NCBI RefSeq assembly: GCF_964355755.1
Contig: NC_092680.1
Coordinates: 10,664,001-10,728,000 of the forward strand
Source of the DNA: Antedon mediterranea
Taxonomy: Eukaryota > Animalia > Echinodermata
Length of the DNA stretch: 64,000 nt
Direction: 5' to 3'
Notes under the pieces: model-generated
The model's database searches: none
Told to the model about the DNA's origin: nothing
The model's input: only the letters and a program-made list of their open reading frames with translations
Shown: positions 1 through 11,000 of the stretch, one piece after another
Layout: every line of letters begins with the position of its first letter
How positions within the stretch are numbered: the stretch's first letter is position 1
Position numbers and translations under genes: made by a program

Positions 1-650
1 AATTGCCAAATTTCGACCCTTTTATTTTTTTACATAACTAGTTACGATGGCTCTATAAGTTGATTCTAACACAATATATTTGCATAAATGCCAATATAAT
101 AGCATAATTATTGAATTTTAAAAAGTGGAAATTTTGGTCATTTTTCGAAAAGAATTCCTATGGTCCCCCGCAGGGAAATTTTCACAAAAATGGCAAAATT
201 TCAAACCTTTTATTTTTTGACATAACTAGTTACTATGGCTCTATAAAATAATGTTAGCACAATATATGTGCATAAATGGCAATATTATAGCATAATTTTT
301 TAATTTCAAAAAGTGGAAATTTTGGCAATTTTTCGAAAAAATTCCAATGGTCCCCCGCAGCGAAATTTTCGAAAGATTGCCAAATTTCGACCCTTTTATT
401 TTTTTACATAACTAGTTACAATGGCTCTATAAGATGATTCTAACACAATATATTTGCATAAATGCCAATATAATAGCATAATTATTGAATTTTAAAAAGT
501 GGAAATTTTTTCCATTTTTCGAAAAAATTCCTATGGTCCCCCGCAGGGAAATTTTCGCAAAAATGGCCAAATTTCAAACCTTTTATTTTTTGACATAACT
601 AGTTATTCTGGCTCTATAAGATGATTCTAACACAATATATTTGCATAAAT
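1..650. repeat. Satellite A, ~187 bp monomers (partial array)
   Basis: Motif acataactagtta recurs at 32, 220, 406, 593 (period 186-188); each monomer also has ggtcccccgcag. Confidence 0.95.
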
Positions 651-3387
651 AAAGTTTCATCGAAATGCACAAATTGGTATAAGACGTTTCCAAATGCGAT
701 TTGAAGCTATTCTAAGCACTTTTGGGTTTTTATGTTAACAAGTTTATTAAAAAATGAACAAAATGGTTTAAAACGTCTCCAAATGCGATTTGAAGCTATT
801 CTAAGCACGTTGGTGTTTTTATGTTAACAAGTTTTTCCCATTTTGTGATTTTTGAAAAAAACTTGTTAACATAAAAACACCAAAGTGCTAAGAATAGCTT
901 CAAATCGCATTTGAGGACGTTTTAGATCATTTTGTGCATTTCAATGAAACTTGGTTACACAAAACATCAAAGTGCTTAAAATCACATTAGAAATCGTTTT
1001 AGACCATTTTGAGCATTTCAATAAAACTTTTCACACAAAAACATCAAAGAGCACAAAATAGCCTAATATGGTATTTAAAAACGTTTTAGACCATTTTGAG
1101 TATTTCGACAATACTTTTTCACACAAAACATCAAAGTGTACAGAATAGCTTCAAATCGCATTTGGAGACGTTTTAGACCATTTTGTGATTTTCGAAAAAA
1201 CTTGTTAACATAAAAACACCAAAGTGCTAAGAATAGCTGCTTCAAATCGCATTTGGAAACGTTTTAGATCATTTTGTGCATTTCAATTTAACTTGTTTAC
1301 ACAAAAACATCAAAGTGCTTAAAATCACATTAGAAACCGTTTTAGAACATTTTGAGCATTTCGAAAAAAACATCAAAGACCATAAAATAGCTTAATATCG
1401 TATTTAAAAACGTTTTAGACCATTTTGAGCATTTCGACAAAACTTTTTCACAAAAAACATGAAAGTGTACAGAATAGCTTTAAATCGCATTTGGAGACGT
1501 TTTAGACCATTTTGTGCATTTCGATGAAACAAAAACATGAAAGTGCTTAAAATCACATTAGAAACCGTTTTAGACCATTTTGAGCATTTCAATAAAACTT
1601 TTCACACAAAAACATCAAAGAGCACAAAATAGTTTAATATCGTATTTAAAAACGTTTTAGACCATTTTGAGTATTTCGAAAATACTTTTTCACACAAAAC
1701 ACCAAAGTGTACAGAATAGCTTCAAATCGCATTTGGAGACGATTTAGACCATTTTGTGATTTTCGAAAAAAACTTGTTAACATAAAAACACCAAAGTGCT
1801 AAGAATAGCTGCTTCAAATCGCATTTGGAAACGTTTTAGATCATTTTGTGCATTTCAATGAAACTTGGTTACACAAAAACATCAAATTGCTTAAAATCAC
1901 ATTAGAAACCGTTTTAGACCATTTTGAGCATTTCGAAAAAACTTTTCATACAAAAATATCAAAGAGCATAAAATAGCTTAATATCGTATTTGAAAAACGT
2001 TTTAGACCATTTTGAGCATTTCGACAAACTTTTTCACACAAAACATGAAAGTGTACAGAATAGCTTCAAATCGCATTTGGAGACGTTTTAGACCATTTTG
2101 TGATTTTCGAAAAAACTTGTTAACATAAAAACACCAAAGTGCAAATCGCATTACGAGACGTTTTAGATCATTTTGTGATTTCCGAATAAAATTGTTAACA
2201 TAAAAGCACCAAAGTGCTAAGAATAGCTTCAAATCGCATTTGGAGACGTTTTTGACCATTTTGTGATTTTCGAAAAAACTTGTTAACATAAAAACACCAA
2301 AGTGCTAAGAATAGCTTCAAATCGCATTTGGAGACGTTTTAGACCATTTTCTGATTTTCGAGAAAACTTGTTAACATAAAAACTCCAAAGTGCTTAGAAT
2401 AGTTTCAAATCGCATTTGGAGACGTTTTAGACTATTTTGTGATTTTCGAAAAAACTTAACATAAAAACACCAAAGTGCTTAGAATAGCTTCAAATCGCAT
2501 TTGGAGACGTTTTAGACCATTTTGTTCATTTCGATGAAACTTGGTTTCTTAGCTCTTTGGTGTTTTTATGTTAACAAGTTTTTTTGAAAATCACAAAATG
2601 CTCTAAAAACGTCTCCAAATGCGAATTGAAGCTATTCTTAGCCCTTTGGTGTTTTTATGTTAACAACTTTTTTTGAAAATCACAAAATGGTCTAAAACGT
2701 CTCCAAATGCAATTTGAAGCTATTCTGTACATTTTGATGTTTTGTGTGAAAAAGTTTTGTCAAAATGCTCAAAATGGTCTAAAATGTTTTTAAATACGAT
2801 ATTAAGCTATTTTGTGCTCTTTGTTGTTTTTGTGTGAAAAGTTTTATCGAAATGCTCAAAATGGTCTAAGACGGTTTCTAATGTGATTTTAAGCACTTTC
2901 ATGTTTTTGTGTAACCAATTTTTTTCGAAAATCACAAAATGGTCTAAAACGTCTCCAAATGCGATTTGAAGCTATTCTGTACACTTTGATGTTTTATGTG
3001 AAAAAGTTTTGTCGAAATGCTCAAAATGGTCTAAAACGTTTTCAAATACGATATTAAGCTATTTTGTGCTCTTTGATGTTTTTGTGTGAACAGTTTTATC
3101 GAAATGCTCAAAATGGTCTAAAACGGTTTCTAATTTGATTTTAAGCACTTTGATGTTTTTGTGTAACCAAGTTTCATCGAAATGCACAAAATGGTCTAAA
3201 ACGTCTCCAAATGCGATTTGAAGCTATTCTAAGCACTTTTGTGTTTTTGTGTTAACAAGTTTTTTCGAAAATCACAAAATTGTCTAAAACGTCTCCAAAT
3301 GCGATTTGAAGCTTTTTTGTACACTTTGATGTTTTGTGTGAAAAAGTTTTGTCGAAATGCTCAAAATGGTCTTAAACGTTTTTAAAT
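651..3387. repeat. Satellite B, ~80-88 bp monomers; forward 651-~840, inverted ~841-~2546, forward ~2547-3387
   Basis: gaatagcttcaaatcgcatttggagacg-type motif at 2221, 2309, 2397 (period 88); its reverse complement caaatgcgatttgaagctattc at 691, 780 and after 2547. Confidence 0.93.
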
Positions 3388-4411
3388 CTCTCATCCTCGT
3401 ATAAAGAAATTATTGATAGGAATGCTGTATTAGAGGAACAAGTCAAGACGTTACAGGTTCTAGTAAGTGAACAGGATTTCAAACAACCAAGATGTTCAGC
3501 AAAGAGATCAGTTGTAAAATCAAATACTCAAACATCTATTAATTTGAATAACCCTTGCCTCAGTATCACTAGGAGGGAAGAAGGCAAAGTCTGTGAAGAA
3601 AATTTGCAAAATATTACTTATAATAATGTATCACCTAAGCCTACAAAGAAAGCCGAACAAATTACAGCAAAACAACTTCCAGCTAAACAAATTCCAGCTA
3701 AACAAATTCCAGTTAAACAGATTCCAGCCAAACAAATTCCAGCTAATCAACAAAGAAATCTAATAATAGGTGACTCTATGCTGAAGCATATTAAGACAAA
3801 TGGTCTATGTGAAACATCTGTGAGAACATTAAGAGGAGCAACTGTGGAACAAGTTAACTATACATTATGTGAGATCGATCTGACCAATGTAGAAAATTTT
3901 GTCATTCATGCTGGAACAAATGACTGTTGCGATATCAACTTTGACTTGGATAGGCTAAAGAACGACTACACTGATATGAAATCAAGGCTTAAAATGAAGA
4001 TAACAGGCGAGGTTTTCATCTCAGCGATTTGCCCGAGACTTGATGATCTTTCATTAAACAGACGCGTATTTGACGTAAATGAAATGCTCAAATATTCTTT
4101 CGGTAACATTGTTATGGATCACAGCCGAGCTTTCACTACACGATATGGAGTGGATTCATCAAAGTTTACAAGTCATGGTTTACATCTTAACTTGAGGGGT
4201 ACATCAGCCTTGGTTAAGAGTATTAATAATGTACTGTCAATAATATCACCAAAGAAAAATAGAAGAACTGGAAGCACGCACACTAGAGATCATCAAAGCA
4301 TGCCTGTAGCAAATTGTCATTTCTGTTTTTTGCAGACATGGAAAAGCAGTTGTGTGTTGGGTTTGTAAACAAGTAGGACATAAAGCGAAATTTTGCCAAG
4401 TTGAACACTGA
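3388..4411 (+). pseudogene. LINE ORF1 remnant: coiled-coil-like segment, PAKQI repeats, SGNH esterase, frameshifted CCHC knuckle
   Basis: Frame is open from the junction (LSSSYKEIIDRNAVLEEQVKTLQ...) with no ATG at its 5' end; motifs IIGDS, LRGAT, IHAGTND, HGLHLN; CWVCKQVGHKAKFC in shifted frame 4355-4396. Confidence 0.85.
3661..3750 (+). repeat. 15-bp coding minisatellite, 6 units, (I/L)PAKQ
   Basis: att aca gca aaa caa / ctt cca gct aaa caa / att cca gct aaa caa / att cca gtt aaa cag / att cca gcc aaa caa / att cca gct aat caa. Confidence 0.9.
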
Positions 4412-4453
4412 AAAAATGGCAAAGTAGATGAAGCCGTAATAAATGTAGCTAAG

Positions 4454-5481
4454 ATGAAGAGTGCTGATGATAATGACATAACATTAAATGAAATTTATAT
4501 AAACAATGATTCTAGTAATAATAGCAGTAATATAGTAAATTCAGGTAACACAAAATCAAGTAAAATGTTAAGTTTATTCTATTGTAATATAAGAAGTATG
4601 AAAAACAAATTATTAGATTTCAATGTTAGATTTTCTTCTTCGTCTCATGACGTCATTGCTATATCAGAGACATGGCCCGATAGCACAGTATATGATAGTC
4701 AGCTTTTAAACAATGATTATACCATTTTTAGAAAGGATAGAAATTCTCATGGAGGTGGGGGGGGGGGGTTTAATTGCTTGTAAAACATGTTTAAATCCAT
4801 CTTTATGCACAGATCTCAATGTTGATACACTTGAACTGATTTGGATAGAATGTCATTGTAATATAGGTAAAATTTTATTAGGAGTGTTTTATAGGCCGCC
4901 TTCTTCAAATGTTCAATATTTAAATTCCTTTATTGATAATATAGATAAAGTTCAAGCAAAAGTTGTTGATTACAAACAGGTATTACTCATAGGCGACTTT
5001 AATATTCATGTTGATTGGAATTGTTTGAATGTGAACAATGGTTTATCCGCCCAAGCAGGAAGCTTGGTAGAAGGAACAATGGCAACTGGACTAGTGCAAA
5101 TAATAGACCAGCCTTCTTATGTAACACGAAATGGGGATGGGCACTTTTTGGACTTGGCTTTTGTTAGTAATCCACTTTTAATTGATAAATGTCAAATTAT
5201 TAACAATTTTGACTCATGTGATCATGAGGCAATTGAGATATGTCTAAGGATATCAAAACAACGTGACAAAGTTATAACAAAAACTGTATATGTACTAAAA
5301 AATGCAGATTAGCAGAAAAGCATATTAATTAATTTTAATTGGGAAAATTGTTTTATGTTTGAAAATATGAATCTGTGCCTATTAAGAAAAGAAATAAAAC
5401 TAAATTATTTCCATGGATTACTACAGAAATTAAGAAACTTTGTACAAAGAAAAGAAAATTATATAGGAAGGCTAAGATTTC
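4454..5481 (+). pseudogene. LINE ORF2 N-terminal AP endonuclease, frameshifted at poly-G, stop after NAD
   Basis: Motifs YCNIRS, IAISETW, FRKDR, GVFYRPP, IGDFN, LDL, CDH; downstream frame gives VPIKKRNKTKLFPWITTEIKKLCTKKRKLYRKAK. Confidence 0.9.
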
Positions 5482-5885
5482 TTTTTTTTTTTTTTTGAAA
5501 ATAAATATTGTTTTTGAAAGTGAAATATTGTTATAGTTGTAAATGTCAGGCCTAAACAAGTGGACCTTTTTTAAAATCAGAAACAAAGTTGCATGACATT
5601 ATTTTTCATTGATTGATCATTCATTTCATATAAATAGACTATTATCAGCTCATCTAGTGGGTTGTGGCGTAACCGGTAATGCTCAGGTTTGAGTTCTCTC
5701 AGTAGTGGGTTCGAATCTCTAGGAATATATATATATTTTTTTTTAATTGAAAATAAATATTGTTTTTGATAGTGAGATATTTTATTTTTATGGTTGTAAA
5801 TGACATGCCTAACCAAGTCGACCTTTTTAAAAATCAGAAATGAAGTTGCATAGCATTATTTTTCATTGATTGATTTATCCATTCA

Positions 5886-6009
5886 TATAAATAGACTATT
5901 ATCAGCTCTTCAGTCATCTACTGGTTTGTGGCGTAACGGGTAATGCTCAGGTTTGAGTGCTCTCAGCAGTGGGTTCGAACCTATACGGGTATTTTTTTCT
6001 TTTTTTTTT
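5886..6009 (+). promoter_or_regulatory. Representative Pol III-like cassette: TATA, A box, B box, oligo-T terminator
   Basis: TATAAATA 5886-5893, TGGCGTAACGG from 5929, GGTTCGAACC 5972-5981, T-run from 5992; A-B spacing is tRNA-like; activity untested. Confidence 0.6.
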
Positions 6010-7202
6010 AATTGAAAATAAATATTGTTTTTGAAAGTGAGATATTTTTATGGTTGTAAATGTCATGCCTAACCAAGTGGACCTTTTTTAAAATCAGAAA
6101 CAAAGTTGCATAACATCATTTTACATTGATTGATCATTCATTTCATATAAATAGACTATTATGATCTCTTCAGGCATCTACTGGTTTGTGGCGTAACCGG
6201 TAATGCTCATGTTTGAGTTCTCTCAGTAGTGGGTTTGAACCTCTTGGGATATTTTTTTTCGTTTTTTTTTTAATTGAAAATAAATATTGTTTTTGAAAGT
6301 GAGATATTTTGAGGGTTGTAAATGCATGGCCTAAAGAAAAGGACCTTTTTTAAAATCAGAAACAAAGTTGCATAACATCATTTTACATTGATTAATTATT
6401 TATTTCATATAAATAGAGTATTATTAGCTCTTCAGTCATCTACTGGTTTGTGGCGTAGCGGGTAATGCTCAAGTTTGAGTGCTCGCAGTAGTGGGTTCGC
6501 ACCTCTAAGGAAATTTTTATTTATTTTTTTTTTAAATTGAAAAAAAATATTGTTTTTGAAAGTGAGATATTTTGAGGGTTGTAAATGTCAGGCCTAAAGA
6601 AGTGGACCTTTTTTAATATCAGAAACAAAGTTGCATGGCATTATTTTTCATTGATTGATCATTAATTTCATATTATCAGCTCTTCAGTCATCTACTGGTT
6701 TGTGGCGTAACGGGTAATACTCAGGTCTGAGTGCTCTCAGTAGTTAGTTCTAACCTCTAGGGATATTTCTTTTTTCTTTTTTTTTAATTGAAAATAAATA
6801 TTGTTTTTGATAGTGAGATATTTTTATGGTTGTAAATGTCATGCCTAATCAAGTCGACCTTTTTAAAAATCAGAAATAAAGTTGCATAGCATTATTTTTC
6901 ATTGATTGATCATCCATTCATATAAATAGACTATTATCAGCTCCTCAGTCATCTACTGGTTTGTGGCGTAACGGGTAATGCTCAGGTTTGAGTGCTCCCA
7001 GTAGTGCGTCGAACCTCTAGGGATATTTTTTTTCTTTTTTTTTAAATTTAAAATAAATATGGTTTTTGAAAGTGTGATATTTTGAGGGTTGTAAATGTCA
7101 GGCCTAAACAAGTGGACATTTTTTCAATCAGAAACAAAGTTGCATGGCATTATTTTTCATTGATTGATCATTCATTTCATATAAATAGACTATTATGAGC
7201 TC

Positions 7203-8289
7203 GGCCGTTCCAAGGCAAAACAACGTAACTACAAAATGTTGCTTTTCGAGAAAAATTGAATTGAAGTTTGAGTGTTTGCATTTCAACAACAAATTATCGT
7301 AATGATGTGAAATTTTGCATGAGTATATATAAATAATAATTATTATTAAATACAAAATGTTAAATAATTTAAACAATTTGATCAAAAGTTATTAGCACTT
7401 TTAACAGATACGTTGTTTTGCCTTAGAAATGACGTGCATAGAATGAAAGTCATTTCTGAGGCAAAACAACGTAACTGCGATATTCTGTGGCAAAACAACG
7501 TAACTGTGGTCATTCCATGGCAAAACAACGTAACTGTGATGATTTTAAAAACAATGGATTGAAACTCTTTTTGAACAAAAGGGAAGGCTGCGATCATCTA
7601 TGATGGCTAGGAACTAGGTTGGCTTAACAAAGAGTGCATTTGAAGCTAGGCTTAGCCATTTGCATCTACTATTTATGATATAGACTTATTACATTATTAT
7701 GTTATAGCCTACCTACTAGCCTGCTACTACAAGGCCTACGTACAACAATGCAAAGACGCCCGTCCAACTAGGCTAGGGATAGCCTAGTTTCAATGACAAT
7801 ACTTGTGTACTTGGCTAGATTAGGTAGGTCTGTAAAAATAATAGCCTAGCCTAGTTTCAAGCTTGCCTGAACTTTTTCGTAAATATAGTTAATTCTTAGA
7901 ATAAATTTTAATACATTAAATTAGTTGTCTAGCGTAATAAGCCTAATATTGTTTAATATATCTTTTACTTTTAGTTAAGATCGTTGCTATGCCTATCGTC
8001 ATGCATCAGTGGTTTCTGTCTCAAAATTACGTAACTTAGCTGATTGTGAGAATTTGAAGCGAAAATCGTAGACATTTCCGTGGCAGATCTGGTAGATACG
8101 TTGTTTTGCCTTGGAAAATACCAGAATTATTTGTTTTTTGCTTAAAGATACGTGGTACTATCTGTAAAATTAATGATCTCTGAAACCTGAAATTTTTACA
8201 GGTTGTTCTTAAATTTGTAATAATTCCCCAAATGTAAAAATCTCAAAATTGACAAAAATGCGAGTTATGTGGTAGGCCTTGGAACGGCC
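7203..8289. mobile_element. Non-autonomous DNA transposon (MITE-like), 1087 bp, copy 1
   Basis: 14-bp TIR ggccgttccaaggc...gccttggaacggcc flanked by gagctc on both sides; subterminal ggcaaaacaacgtaact repeats. Confidence 0.9.
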
Positions 8290-9981
8290 GAGCTCTTCAG
8301 TCATCTATTGGTTTGTGGCGTAACGGGTAATGCTCAGGTTTGAGTGCTCTCAGCAGTGGGTTCGAACCTATACGGGTATTTTTTTTCTTTTTTTTTTATT
8401 GAAAATAAATATTGTTTTTGAAAGTGAGATATTTTGAGGGTTGCAACTGTCTAGCCTAAACAAGTGAACCTTTTTTAAAGTCAGAAAGAAAGTTGCATGG
8501 CATTATTTTTCATTGATTGATCATCTATTTCATATAAATAGACTATTACCAGCTCTTCAGTCATCTACTGGTTTGCGGCGTAACGGGTAATCCTCAGGTT
8601 TGAGTGATTTCAATAGTGGGTTTGAACTTCCAGGGATATTTTTTCTTTTTTTTTTTATTGAAAATAAATATTGTTTTTGATAGTGAGATATTTTTATGGT
8701 TGTAAATGTCATGCCTAACCAAGTCGACCTTTTTAAAAATCAGAAATGAAGTTGCATAGCATTATTTTTCATTGATTGATCATCCATTCATATAAATAGA
8801 CTATTATCAGCTCTTCAGTCATCTACTGGTTTGTGGCGTAACGGGTAATGCTCAGGTTTGAGTGCTCGCAGTAGTGGGTTCGAACCTCTACGGGAATTTT
8901 TTTGTTTTTTTTTATTGAAAATAAAAATTGTTTTTGAAAGTGAGATATTTTATGGTTTTAAATGTCAGGCCTAACCAAGTGGACCTTTTTTAAAATCATA
9001 AACAAAGTTGCATAAGATTATTTTTCATTGATTGATCATCCATTCATATAAATAGACTATTATAAGCTCTTCAGTCATCTACTGGTTTGTGGCGTAGCGG
9101 GTAATGCTCAAGTTTGAGTGCTCGCAGTAGTGTGTTCGCACCTCTAAGGATATTTTTATTTATTTTTTTTTTAAATTGAAAATAAATATTGTTTTTGAAA
9201 GTGAGATATTTTGAGGGTTGTAAATGTCAGGCCTAAACAAGTGGATCTTTTTTAAAATCAGAAAGAAAGTTGCATGGCATTATTTTTTCATTGATTGATC
9301 ATTCATTTCATATAAATAGACTATTATCAGCTCCTCCGTCAACTACTGGTTTGTGGCGTAACGGGTAATACTCAGGTCTGAGTGCTCTCGGTAGTGGGTT
9401 CTAACCTCTAGGGATATTTCTTTTTTCTTTTTTTTTCAATTGAAAATAAATATTTTTTTTGAAAATGAGATATTTTGAGAGTTGTAAATGTCAGGCCTAA
9501 AGAAGTGGACCTTTTTTAAAATCAGAAACAAAGTTGCATGGCATTATTTTTCATTGATTGATCATTAATTTCATATTATCAGCTCTTCAGTCATCTACTG
9601 GTTTGAGGCATAACGGGTAATACCCAGGTTCGAGTGCTCTCAGTAGCGGGTTCCAACCTCTAGGGATATTGCTTTTTTTTTTAAATTGAAAATAAATATT
9701 TTTTTGGAAAATGAGATATTTTGGGGGTTGTAAATGTCAGGCCTAAAGAAATGGATCTTTTTTAAAATCAGAAACAAAGTTGCATGGCATTATTTTTCAT
9801 TGATTGATCATTCATTTCATATAAATAGAGTATTATCAGCTCTTCAGTCATCTACTGGTTTGTGGCGTAACGGGTAATGCTCAAGTTTGTGTGCTCTCAG
9901 CATTGGGGTCGAACCTCTACGGATATTTTTATTTTTTTATAATTATTTTTTTTTAATTGAAAATAAATATTGTTTTTGAAA

Positions 9982-11000
9982 TCAAATACATGTAAAAAGA
10001 CTGCCATAAAGCCTCCAAAAGAAGTCAATGTGCTCCTTCGTATTCAGTACTCATGGGTGAGCTTCTTTTCCACCTGGAGTTCTTTTCGAGAGCTGCTGGG
10101 TTCCCGCCCGGAAAATGTTTTATTTACATGATTTGAACAATATTCTAATGTAAATATTAACAGCATCAAAATTTAACAGTGTGGCGTGTTGACCGCGAAT
10201 GATTAACATATTATCTTCCCCATAATACACGTGCACAAGCTCATTTGCATAACAACCACGAGGCATACCAAACTGTTTAAAATAAAGAAAATAGAGTTGC
10301 ACAGACTCCCGCCTGAGAATGGTACTTTACATGATTTGAAATTATATGAAACAAAATATATAAGACTAACAAGGACAATAGAGCTTGTCCCCGGAAAGTG
10401 CACCTATTCATTGAATTATGAAATTAAATACTACTAGCCTACCATGTTTGGGGCAGAGCTAATAATGAAAATAGAGCCCAGAATTGCACTTATACTTATA
10501 CTTATTACCATACATAATCACCTATGATATTTATGATTATTTGTTAAAAATTCAACTATCCAGATGCGAATTCAAAAGTTTAGGTAGAGTTTTCTACTTT
10601 AAAAACTCGACTTCGTATATGCCTAAGGCCTAGCCCGGCGGCGGAATTAGTCTAAGTTTCGAAATCGGTCTGGAAATCGGCATCTTTGCAAATGTTCTAT
10701 ATTTGATCTATTTCACTCTCCATTAACCCAATACAAAAATCATCGGAGACAAACTATCTGTTTAAAACATGTTTATTCTGGGACGGTGCGGCCATACACA
10801 CCAACTACCATCCATAAATGTTTATTCATAACATATTACAATACAATATCTTGCATGAATCGGACATTTCGATACCAATGTAGCAACATTGATTAACAAA
10901 ATCAAAATTCAACAATGTGGCGTGTTGACCGCGAATTACTAACAATACCATCTTTCACACTACACCTACAAAAACTCATTTGCATAATAACAAACGGCAT
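9982..11000. repeat. Spacer D copy 1 (~1.02 kb, unclassified, internal diverged ~100 bp direct repeat)
   Basis: Near-identical copies at 24241, 38677, 57690; gtggcgtgttgaccgcgaat occurs twice within each. Confidence 0.8.

Larger units (their letters stand above)
3388..5481 (+). mobile_element. CR1/L2-clade LINE fragment, copy 1 (ORF1 + endonuclease; both ends truncated, no RT)
   Basis: SGNH esterase ORF1 followed by APE domain and PWIT linker; abrupt junctions with satellite B and array C. Confidence 0.88.
5482..9981 (+). repeat. Array C copy 1: ~260 bp tRNA-derived monomers (~13 cassettes)
   Basis: tggtttgtggcgta at 5922, 6182, 6444, 6696, 6957 etc.; A box TGGCGTAACGG, B box GGTTCGAACC, oligo-T. 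Confidence 0.92.

Noticed and set aside
340-380. CENP-B box in satellite A
   Set aside because: TTCG and CGGG occur but not in the TTCGnnnnAnnCGGG spacing on either strand
1404-2289. Short minus-strand ORFs in satellite B (and equivalents in A and C)
   Set aside because: Translations of tandem repeats, F/K/I-rich, with no domain motifs
3544-4368. Stand-alone 274-aa GDSL lipase gene
   Set aside because: Start codon is TTG, the frame is open back to the satellite junction, the C-terminus is frameshifted, and it precedes an APE domain; it is LINE ORF1
5922-5992. Functional tRNA genes
   Set aside because: A/B boxes and D stem are present, but acceptor, anticodon and T stems do not pair canonically; no anticodon can be assigned
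7128-7597. Transposase ORFs in the MITE
   Set aside because: Short, cross the element boundary or translate subterminal repeats; no DDE features
5482-9981. CRISPR-like repeat-spacer array
   Set aside because: Whole monomers are homologous, with no unique spacers and no cas genes; eukaryotic retroelement context
10120-10437. Small overlapping ORFs in spacer D
   Set aside because: No recognisable motifs; frameshifted in copy 4
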